64,000 bases of DNA from the NCBI GenBank assembly GCA_036172245.1, contig JAYWIR010000047.1, positions 1 to 64,000 of the forward strand, read 5' to 3'. The notes below the pieces were generated by a model that was not told the origin of the DNA, ran no database searches, and saw only the letters and a list, made by a program, of their open reading frames with translations. This DNA is from Raillietiella orientalis (Eukaryota). Below are positions 1 to 9,600 of the stretch, piece by piece; within the stretch, counting starts at the first letter, position 1, and each line of letters opens with the position of its first letter. The translations under genes and the position numbers were made by a program.

Positions 1-1006
1 TGGGGGTCCTCTCGTACCGGCGGGCTTGTAAATAAGCCCTATGGTTCCGAGCCCCCTACCCAAATCCGGGGGGCAGGCGGTGCAGGGGAAACTCCTCGCA
101 GAACTCGCGGACCGAGGCCTTGAAGAGGTCCCAATCCTTGAGACTGCGGAGGGTGACGCCTCTCAGGAATTCGCGAAGGTGTTCCTTCGCACCTGAGAGT
201 CGCGTCCAGTCCCCAGGCAGACGCCACGCCCTGGATGGAGGGCCCTTGTCGCGCTGGCACACCTCGAATATCAACCGGAAATGGTCAGACAGCTCCGTCG
301 CAACTTTCCCCCGTTTGCCGACCCGTGAACACAGGTCGACATCCAGGAAGACGTGGTCGATGCTGCTGACCATTTCCGAAAGATCCCCTAACAAGTTGCG
401 CGTGCGCATGGCGGCGCACAACTCGTTAGCCGTCCGTTCCTGTGCGTGTGGCTCACCTGATAGCAGGCGGAGATTAAAGTCTCCCGCTATCAGGTGAGCC
501 ACGCGCACGATCTCTTGCGCCAGCCAGTCGCGCTTCAGGGTTTCCAGGAACGCCTTACGTTCCTGGTACCTGGTAGGACCGCTCGGAGCGTACACATTTG
601 TTACGACGAGGTCGATCGTGTCGGACCACCTGAGAATCAGCTGGCCGACACGACCGGCTTCGTCGAAGCGCACGCCCTTCACGGCTGCGTCGACTGCCAG
701 CTTCATAAAAAACGCGACGCCGCAGGTGTATCGGGTGCCGCATTGCCACATCAGCCGTCCCCCTGCGATCCTTTCGATCTCCTGGGCGTTCTCCGCGGTG
801 ATCACGTGGATCTCCTGCAGGAGTGCCAGGTCGAAGTCACGCAGGGTGGCGGCCGTGTCCCGTCTGTTGCCGTCGTCGCGCAGCCCGTTCACGTTCCAGC
901 AGGCCACGCGTAATCGACGGCGACAGGCGAGCCCAGGTGTTACTCCTGGGAAAGTGGCAATGGGGCTCCCGCCACCTGGTCGGGCGGGACGGATGGAGGA
1001 ACGGGA
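1..1006 (-). pseudogene. ORF2 N-terminus (APE endonuclease plus linker) of Tx1 copy 1, with in-frame TAG at 56-58
   Basis: Motifs WNVNG, LQE, NVYAP, GDFN, IDH, SDH. The frame continues past the TAG as GARNHRAYLQARRYERTP, homologous to RNERAYLHARLFARTP of copy 2. Confidence 0.9.
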
Positions 1007-2961
1007 TCACCGCGCACCGGTTCTCCCTCCTCCATGGGGGCCGATTCCTCGGCGGACCGCAACGGTTGAAGGGAGCGGGTTTCACGCACCTGCTCCCCCT
1101 CTTCCATGGGGGCCGATTCGTCGGCTGCGTTGGACGGCAGGGGGGAACGGTTGTCAGCTGTCTGCTCTCCCTCCTCCATGGCTATCTCCAGGACAGGTTC
1201 CACCGTTGGGAGGGGGCGGCAATCACTCACCTTATCCCCCTCCTCCATGGGGGTCTCCGGTTGCTCGGTAGCGGAGGGTGGGAAAATCCCTCCCTCCGTT
1301 CCCACGCTGCCGGCTTCCCCATCGGATGCCGGTGCGTCCCCCTCCTTCTTTGTCGGGATGCGCCTCTTGGGATTCTTGGACTTCCGTCCAGTCTTCTTCG
1401 GAGGCGCCTCCGCTGAGGAGGACGCACTTCCGGCATCCGGTTCGTGGTCACCTGTCCGAGGTGCCTTGCTCGCGGCCGGCCTTCGCAAGGCCTTTCGCGC
1501 GCCGTTCTCACGCTCCGCGAGTTCGGCCGCGAGCTCTTCCGCCGCCTGCTGGAAGGCGGCGTCCTCGATTGCGGCGAGCGCGTCGCTCGGCTCCCCCTCT
1601 GTTTGCACAGAGGGTTCGCCTTTTTCGATCGCGGCTTCGGCGTCAACGAGGCGGGAGATATCTCCCCCGGTGGAGGTCTCGGGGATCTCCACTCGCTCCA
1701 AAGCGACCGAACATTCGCGCAGTAAAGCGCGGCGTTGTCTCCTATTTAATTGAGATGTCGCGGTTTCCGCTGTCGGTTCTATGGTTTTCCTGAGTTTTTC
1801 ACTTTTGGGCTTCGCCGTCCGCCAGCCCTCGTTCTCATCAGCGTCGTCGGAAGTTTTCTCGACCGGCGTTTCCTGGGAGGGTTCGGGCACAAGCTTTTGG
1901 CATTGCCGCTCTGTTGGCTCATTGGACTTTCGTGCTTTCTCCAAGCGTTTCCCCTTACCTTTTTTCAAGGCAGAAGGCGCTGGAGGTTCCCGCTTTGGGC
2001 ACACTTTCCGGAGGTGGCCCTTCTCCCCGCAGTGGAAACACTGGATGTGAGGGCACCGTTTTTTCAGGATCCCTGTTGCATCACAGTGCCCACAGTACTT
2101 GGGCTTGCCCACGTACCAGACGTCGACGACCTCGTTGCCGACGTCGAGTTTGTGGGGCAGTCCTCCGTTTTCGTGGACCGTCACACGCGCTGCAGCCATG
2201 CCACTGAACAGTCTTCCGTATGTTTGGAAGACGTTGGGCTCGGTCCAGAGCGCGTGCACCGTACCATGTTTTTGCAACTCTTCTTGCACGCCAGCTTTGG
2301 TCATGCGAAGAGTTACACCCGTAAGGTGGGCAACAATGGAGCGGTCCTCCGTTACAGGGAAGACCTTTCGGCCTTCCGGAGTGATGGGAGTGTTCAGCAG
2401 GCGTTGAGCCAGACTTGCATTTTTGCAAGTCAGCTCCACCCGCTGGCCCCCACTCATCACGGAGAGACCTTCCAGGTCTTCCTCTTTGACATCCAACCGC
2501 TGTAACTCCCTTTCAAAGTTACGAGCGGTGTTCCCTATAAACAGGTTTCCTACCTTGTAAATCAAGGACGGCTTGTATCCTTGTTCCACGTAGGCCCGTT
2601 GTTCTGCTAAGGCAGCAGGAGATGGCGCTGCAGTCACGGAGCTCCAGGTCTTCGTGCATGGAGCAGGTGGATCCAAGGACGCGGTTGCCCCCTTTTTCAA
2701 GGAGGCGTTTGCGCCCTTTTCCAAGGCGGCGGTTGTCCCCTTTTTCAAGGGGGCGGTTGCGGCCTTTTGCACGAGGACGGTTGCTCCCTTTTTCAAGGTG
2801 GCAGTAGCCTTCGTTTCCGGAGAGGCGGTTGCCCCCTTTTTCAAGGGAGCGGTTTCTCTCTCCTCCGTGGGGGCGATTGCCCCCACCTCAATAGGTTGGG
2901 GAGAGGAGCAATCCTCTCCCCCGCCGACTTCCATCGCGGTGTCCTCAGGCATTTCTGCCAT
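940..2961 (-). CDS. ORF1 (gag-like nucleic-acid-binding protein) of Tx1 copy 1
   Basis: Open frame from ATG (MAEMPEDT) with tandem zinc knuckles CGHCDATGILKKRC (His lost) and CFHCGEKGHLRKVC, preceded by the V.Y.G.P motif typical of Tx1/L1 ORF1; low-complexity tails. Confidence 0.88.
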   Translation of the reverse strand: MAEMPEDTAMEVGGGEDCSSPQPIEVGAIAPTEERETAPLKKGATASPETKATATLKKGATVLVQKAATAPLKKGTTAALEKGANASLKKGATASLDPPAPCTKTWSSVTAAPSPAALAEQRAYVEQGYKPSLIYKVGNLFIGNTARNFERELQRLDVKEEDLEGLSVMSGGQRVELTCKNASLAQRLLNTPITPEGRKVFPVTEDRSIVAHLTGVTLRMTKAGVQEELQKHGTVHALWTEPNVFQTYGRLFSGMAAARVTVHENGGLPHKLDVGNEVVDVWYVGKPKYCGHCDATGILKKRCPHIQCFHCGEKGHLRKVCPKREPPAPSALKKGKGKRLEKARKSNEPTERQCQKLVPEPSQETPVEKTSDDADENEGWRTAKPKSEKLRKTIEPTAETATSQLNRRQRRALLRECSVALERVEIPETSTGGDISRLVDAEAAIEKGEPSVQTEGEPSDALAAIEDAAFQQAAEELAAELAERENGARKALRRPAASKAPRTGDHEPDAGSASSSAEAPPKKTGRKSKNPKRRIPTKKEGDAPASDGEAGSVGTEGGIFPPSATEQPETPMEEGDKVSDCRPLPTVEPVLEIAMEEGEQTADNRSPLPSNAADESAPMEEGEQVRETRSLQPLRSAEESAPMEEGEPVRGDPVPPSVPPDQVAGAPLPLSQE

Positions 2962-3050
2962 TGGACACCGCAGATGCTCCACACACAAACACTACCGAAA
3001 AAGAACGCTTTACAACAGGCGCAGAGGAGCGCGGAAAAAACACGTCCGCA

Positions 3051-3627
3051 CGCCAAGTTGCTGGCGAAATTGTGGGCTGAACGCCTGGGGCGGTTAGCGG
3101 AAAGCTTCATTAGCCCGGAGCAGACATATGCTATTCCCGGGTGGAGCCTGGACGCCAACCTGTTCCTCGCCAGCACCTTTTTCGCGTTCCAACAGAAAAC
3201 GGTCAGGATGGGCAAGCGGACTTCCGGAATTTCCGCCAGTAGCAAACGGGATGGTTGGGATGGAGAAGGAGCCCTTGCAGTCGCAGTTGATTTGCATAAA
3301 GCATTCGATTTTCACCTTCCGCTCCTGGACTGCGGTGTCCTCGAAGGACTGTGGAGGAGGCTGGCCTCAGCTCTCCTGCACCAGGGGGACATCGCGAGGG
3401 ACTTGATGCGCCGCTTCTTCACGCCAGGCGGCCTGTCTTTGGGTGCTGTCGTTGCAACCGTGTGTTGCAGCTGCGCCATCGATAAGGCCCACGGAGAGTT
3501 GGAGAAGCTGGCCATCCTTCGTCAGCCCACCGGATTAGCCAGCACAAGCATGTCGTCGGCTGCCGAGTGCGCCCATCTGCCACAGGACGTAAGGAGAGAG
3601 ATCGCCGGCAGCCATCGCCGGTTTTGA
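3051..3627 (+). pseudogene. ORF2 RT fragment of copy 1 with a large internal deletion
   Basis: AKLLA..LA..I.PEQ....G and DLHKAFD (ends 3309), then a jump to HLPLLDC..L..LW (end of the C-terminal zinc finger). The QG and YADD RT motifs are absent. Confidence 0.82.
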
Positions 3628-3855
3628 AAGGAAGGAACGGCCAAACCAAAGACCCCTGTCCCCTAACCCCTCGTATTTTTATTTTTACTTTTTATATGTG
3701 TATTTGTGGTCCCCTCCCTCCCGTTCCGGACTTTCGGTATACCGACCTGCGTGTCGGGGATCCCCCCCAATACGTTTTCTCTGTGTCCTTTGTCCGGGAA
3801 CCCAGTTCCTGGATAGTTTATTATTAATAAACGCCCTGGCGCAACCGGGTGACAT

Positions 3856-4096
3856 ACAATCGACACCCTGCGTTCGTCTCGATCTCCTAGACTTCTGCCG
3901 CGGTGATCACATGGATCTCCTGCAACATGCCCAGGTCGAGCTCACGCAGGGTGTCGGCTGTATCTCGCCTGTTACCGTCGTCGCGCGACCCGTTGACATT
4001 CCAACATGCCGGGCGAATCCGAAGGCGACTGGCGAGACCAGGTGCTACTCCTGGGAAAGTGGCAGTGCGGCGTCCGCCACCTGCTGGGGCGGGACG
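3856..4096 (-). pseudogene. APE N-terminal fragment of copy 2
   Basis: ACWNVNGSRDDGNRRDTADTLRELDLGMLQEIHVITA, with a stop at 3887-3889; aligns to the copy 1 APE. Confidence 0.85.
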
Positions 4097-5725
4097 CTAG
4101 GTGGAGGAGGAGGGTCAAGTGCTGAAGGCACCTGGTCCCCTCCTCCATAGGTAACGGCACGTCGAGTAGTTCATCCGCAGGTGGGGTCGCGCCTACCTGT
4201 TGGCCTTCCTCCATGGGGGTGGCCGGCTCGACGGCTTCCGAGCGTTGGAGTTCCCCTCCGGGATTCCCACGCCGCTGTCGGCTTCCGGCTTCTCCTCGCT
4301 GTTGGAGGGGAGGTGCCTCCTGGGTTTCTGGGACTTGCGTCCCGACTTCCTGGGGGGTTCCTCCGAGAAGGAGGATGTGCTTCCGGCCCCCAGGTCGCAC
4401 TCACCTGTGGGGGCCTTCTTCGCCGGAGCCGGCCTTCGCACGGCCTTGCGCGAGGGGTTCTCACGCTCGGCCAGCGTGACCGCGAGCTCCTCCGCCGCCT
4501 GCGCGAACGCGGCGTCCTCGCTTTCGGCGCGCGCTTCCCGCGGCTCACCCTCTGTGCAAACAGAGGGTTCGTCGTCGCGAACCTCGGGCGCGGCGGAAAC
4601 GGCGAGGGGAGGCTCGTCGCCCCGGGTGGCAGCCTCGGGAACGGGAATGCGTTCGAGTACCACCGTGCACTCCCGCAGAGTTTTCGAGCGCGGCCCGGGT
4701 TTTTTCGACTTACCCGCCGGCTTATGCTCCTTTTTCTTCGCGGTGGGAGCCTTTTTTGCGTTTCTGGCCGCAACAAGTTGCCAGCCCTCTTCCTCTTCCA
4801 TTACTTCCGAAGGTTTATCCTCCGGCTTTTGCGCCGGAGGTTGAGGTGCTGGCAGCTTCTGCCGGACACTTTCCGCCTTAGGTCTTGCGACCTTCAAGGC
4901 ACGTTTCCCCTGCGCTTTTTTGGAGGCAGGGGGAACCGGAGTGGGGCGCTTGGGGCACACACGCCGAACGTGGCTCTTCTCCCCGCACAGGTGGCACTGT
5001 ATGTTAGGACACCTCTTACGGAGGTGTCCCACGGCATCACAGTAGCCGCAATATCGTGGTTTCCCCACGTGCCAAAGGTCCACGCCCTCTTACGCGACCT
5101 TCAGTTTGTGGGGAAGCCTACAATCCTGTTTAGCGGTCACCCGCGCTGCAGCCTGACCTGCAAACAGGCTATCGTAGCCGTCAAAAATGGTGGGTTTTGG
5201 CCGAAGTGCGTGCACCTCCCCGAACTTTCGTAGTTCTTCTCCGACCGCAGAGCGAGTTATGCGGATGGTAATGCCGGTCATGTGGACCACCACGAAGCGG
5301 TCCATTGATACCGGCAGGATCTTGCGGCCGTCAAGGTTCAGCTGCGCATGGATCAGGCGGTGAGCCAAGGTGATGTCTTTGCACACCGCCTCGACCCGCA
5401 GCCCGCCGCTGAGGACGGAGAGGCCATCAAGATCCTTTTCAAGTATGTTGGCGTGCTGCAGCGCCTTTGTGAAGGCGCGTGCAGTTCGCCCATCAAAAAG
5501 TGGTCCTACCTGATAGACCAGCGAGGGCCTCTACCCCGCTGCCCGGTAGGCCATCTGGTCCGCCATGGCTTCCGCGCTAGGCGCGGCCACCATGGCGCTC
5601 CAACTCCTCGCCTTAGGCGACGAGGGTGATTTAGGGGCGGACGCCCCTGATTCTGTAGGTTGTGGGGGTGGACAAGCCTCCCCCACTCCTACCTCCATCG
5701 TGGTGTCCTCAGGCAAGGTTGCCAT
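4045..5725 (-). pseudogene. ORF1 of copy 2, broken by stops/frameshifts
   Basis: Starts MATLPEDTTMEV; knuckles CGYCDAVGHLRKRC and CHLCGEKSHVRRVC; ends LPLSQE* as in copy 1; split over several ORF-track entries. Confidence 0.87.
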
Positions 5726-5803
5726 CGGACACCAACGATGTGCACCACACACAAGAAAAACCACTTTCCATCGACTCTCTCGGGAGCGAGGGAAAAACAT
5801 GTC

Positions 5804-6448
5804 CGCAACGAAAGAGCGTATTTGCACGCCCGTCTTTTCGCAAGGACCCCTGACGTCCGTCGCTTGGCCGAATTCAAAGCAGGGGCCGAACGACAAGCCT
5901 GGCAAACCGGGCCGCCCAGCTTACTGGACGACTTGGACCAGGAACACTCGGTCCCGGCTTCGATACGTCGCCTCGTGCGGGGATTTTACTCCTCCCTTTA
6001 CGCCAGGGCACCTACAGAGTGGGACGCCTTGAGGCGCTTGCTCCCAGATGGAGCCCCGGCCATAGGGGAGGAGGAGAAAGAAAGCCTCGACGAGCCTTTT
6101 ACGACCGGTGAAATCATCACCGCGATTAAAAGGCTCAAAAGGCGTAAGGCGCCAGGGGAGGACGGCCTGCCGGCGGAGTTCTTTCAGTGCTTCGCTGCTG
6201 AGCTGACCCCCCTGGTGCTCAAGTTGACACGGCTGATCCGAGACCAAGGCGATGTTCCCGCCTCGTTTCGGTCAGCCAAGGTGAGGCTACTTACTAAGGG
6301 AGGAGACCTCAAGAAATTAAGCAGCTGGTGTCCGATCACGATTGTGAACACGGACGCCAAGTTGCTGGCTGGACTGTGGGCTGCGCGGCTGGTACAGGTA
6401 GCTGACAGCTTCGTGAGCCCGGAACAGACGTACGCTGTTACGGGGTGA
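5804..6448 (+). pseudogene. ORF2 linker plus RT N-terminal fragment of copy 2
   Basis: FYSSLY, EIITAIKRL...KAPGEDGLPAEFF, WCPITIVNTDAKLLA, SPEQ; truncated by a junction with the repeat at 6447. Confidence 0.9.
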
Positions 6449-6634
6449 GTAAGCCCACTGGACATCGGCACCCCCTTCGAAATCAATCCTAGGAAGGCTC
6501 GAAAAAAAGCAAGTAGGGTGCGTACCGACAGTAGGTTCAGCACTCCTCCGCAGTAACAGTACCAACAAGAGTGAGAGACATCGCTGCAGGAGCTCTAAAG
6601 GCTTGGAGTCCTGGAAACAAGCAGGTCTGAGAGT
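6447..6634. repeat. Dispersed unclassified repeat 'R' abutting the IDE-A truncation point
   Basis: Homologous to ~20913-21101 (inverted) and ~29089-29270 (direct); shares ccactggacatcggcacccccttcgaa. Confidence 0.85.
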
Positions 6635-9600
6635 TCAAAACTTGAAGCTACGCTCCATGAGTTTCTTGGGTTTTTCCAAACGGCGGGAGATGATGGCCTT
6701 TTTGTGGTTTTGGAACTCTTCAGAATCCATATGCTGCAGCTCTTCCTGAGGGGAAACCATATGCAAATGATAAAGAATTGAAATTTGCAAAGTGTGCTGT
6801 GTGGTTCGCCAAAGTTCGATGCAAAACAAAAGGCTAAGGTAGGTTTAAAGCACGCGCGGAGGCAAAGCGTCCGGTAACTCTTCCTTACCAAGAAAGACCT
6901 CAGGAAGCATTCCAGTCTCTCATTGACATACTCGGGTCTTCTGTCTGACTGGATCAGGAAGCGCAAACCGTGGACACAGTTCAGCTTGTGCAAGCTGCTC
7001 AGGACAAGGTAGCATAGCTGTTCCTATAGCACATTTGGGAAAAAATGGACTGCACTACCAACTGTGTTACTCACTCACCTGAGTCCGCAGGACATCATAT
7101 ACAGGCTCATGAAGCATTTGGGCTAGAAGAGCAAGTTGCGCATTGTTGGCTGAATTCTTAACAGTGCATTGAAAATAAACGGCAAGAGCATGAGTGGGAT
7201 GCACAGCATTGTTCACAGAAAAACGAAAGGCTGATTCTGCCAACAGCAAATTAAGGACTTGGATGGAAGAACTTACGTTTGGGAAGCTTGTAATCTCTGC
7301 TCCTGATACACTGCTCTTCCAGCAATGGTCTGCTATTCAGAAAGTGTTTCTCAATAATCTCCAACACATGCCCAGCTCTCTGGAAAGAAAAAGCGTCGCA
7401 CGCTGGGAAAAGTGTACCACAGAAATACCTCAAGATTCACATTGCCATGAAGCAAGCAAGTGATGAAGACACTAGAGAAAAATTCCCCAATGAATGACTG
7501 CAAAAGATCAGAAGAAACATCTAGAGCACAAAACTAGCTTCTGGTCCTTTGAGCTATGTAAGATGTGTACCTTCTACAGCATGCAACAACTGCCCTTTGG
7601 TCCATATCTTCTCAGTAAGTAACACATTCACATAATACGTCGCCTGCACGTAGGGAGTCTCAGATTGAAAGTTCCTCAAATCCTGTTTGTACTGTAGGCA
7701 CATTATGCATAAGTAAATAAGCCAGCAGCACAACATGCGTACTTTTTCTTTAAATACCACGAACAGCTGTTTGTCCACCACATAAGACATCATTCTCTCC
7801 AGGATCTTCAGCAGTAGGATGTCTTGTTTGTCACTATAACCATGAACAGTCAACTAGAAATCATGCCAACAGTAGGTTCTCAATTCAGCTTTTACTAATT
7901 ACCATCAAGCCATTCTTTGTAGCCTGCAGCTCAAAATGAAGACCAGCCAACTCAGCATTGTAAGTATATTCATTGAGTGAATTGTGCAACAGCTGGATGT
8001 ACAAATACAGCATGTTGGCATGCAAGGGATCCACATAACATAGCGGATTCAACACGTGCAAAATTAGAATAGATTTTGGTAAAAAGAACTCATCGTCCTG
8101 CTTGTACCAAAAATGGATTAAAGGAGACTTTTCCAACAATGCTGGATGACAGGTGACAAGATTATTCTGTGCAGTGCTGATGCTTTCCAGAGGCCACAAT
8201 TCCAGATTGGATGGGATGAATTCATTCTTTTTAGGAAGGAAAAAGCAGTCCCGTTTGGAAACTGTACGAAGTTTCTGCAAGCAGAACAAGGCTTTCATTG
8301 TATTTCCCTCATCATATCAACCTGTTGTGCATTCATTAACACTAAAATATTGTTAAAATATGCAGTCACATTGCAAAATAAATTTATTTATGAGCAAAAA
8401 GTCATTGTGAAGGAACTGTGGATTGCGATCAAATGGAGTTCACCTTTTTCATGTGCATAATTGGTATGCATCATTAAAATTGCTTCACTGAAAATTAATT
8501 ACACAGATTACATTCACGTGCATAATTATCTTTCTGCTCGTTGATGGAACATAGTGAATAAAGAATATCAGTTCTACCATCATAGCATTTAGAAATATAC
8601 CACACTGACATACACAAACTCAGATGGCAATAACACACAGAGAGGCTTTAAGATCTCAAGCAATCTCATTTCTTAATCTTATTAGCATGCAAAAACGAGG
8701 TGTTCACAGCTGCAGAAAAATGTGCTGAAGTCCTCAACGAATGAGGCTAATCTTTGCCTTACAGACATTCCTGCAAAATGCTGGTAGCTCAACCATGTAA
8801 ACCTTCGATGGTACAACCTAAATGCAATTACAAAATAGTTTGCTACTTCAAATAAAAAGTCATTTTTCTTCTGGGAAACAAAATACTTTAAACAAACGAA
8901 CCCTTGCTAACCAACTGCAAATATTTCACAAAATGAAAAACAAAACATTAATACACAAAATACAACATTTAAATACGTCATACACCATACCTGAACTACT
9001 ACCCTTATATATTTAGAAAAATCCCCAAATTATGTCTTCATAAAACATCGAAATCCAGCTGAAATTTCGTCAATTCCCTGAAAAATTTGTGTTGACGCGT
9101 AATTGTTCACAAACAGCTTACTCCCAATGACAGTAAAGCATCCTTAAAATGTAATTTTAAAAGTTTACCTCAATAAAACTACTGTCCAGTTTTGACTGAC
9201 TGTACTGTGTCCCATACCATGGTTCAGTGAGCAAAGAAGAATTCTCGAACTTCTTGCTGATAACATTAATCCTACAGAAGATGTACTATCACTATTTCTA
9301 GCAAATAGCTCACCAAAAATTATCTACATGCAGATAACTGAGAACCTTGCTGATAAGTTGAGGATTGTAATCATAAAGTAAGTAAGGTCCGGAAAGCACT
9401 TCTGGAAGAGGATACAGCTGAAAGACATGTCAATGATATCTCCTAGGTAGCATACATTGATTGCACCTGGATGAATCGCACTAAATGCCGTGCATATTTA
9501 ATGGGCTCCTCCTTATCTTTGTACTGAAAACGGATATCATGTAACTGCTTCATTTCTTCAAAAATCCATTGTTGTGGTAGTTCATCTCTCAACATGGCTA

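Larger units (their letters stand above)
1..3855. mobile_element. Tx1/L1-clade non-LTR retrotransposon copy 1, 5'-inverted (ORF1+APE on minus, RT/3' end on plus); runs off the left edge
   Basis: Minus strand: CCHC-knuckle ORF1 followed by an APE endonuclease. Plus strand from ~3051: RT motifs, C-terminal zinc-finger remnant, T-rich 3'UTR and AATAAA at 3826-3831. Confidence 0.9.
3853..6446. mobile_element. Tx1/L1-clade non-LTR retrotransposon copy 2, 5'-inverted, 3' end lost
   Basis: Minus strand: disrupted ORF1 and APE start. Plus strand from ~5804: ORF2 linker and RT N-terminus. Clearly homologous to, but diverged from, copy 1. Confidence 0.9.

Noticed and set aside
2767..3627. 286-aa ORF as a single protein (likewise 5660..6448)
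   Set aside because: Chimeric read-through across the inversion junction.
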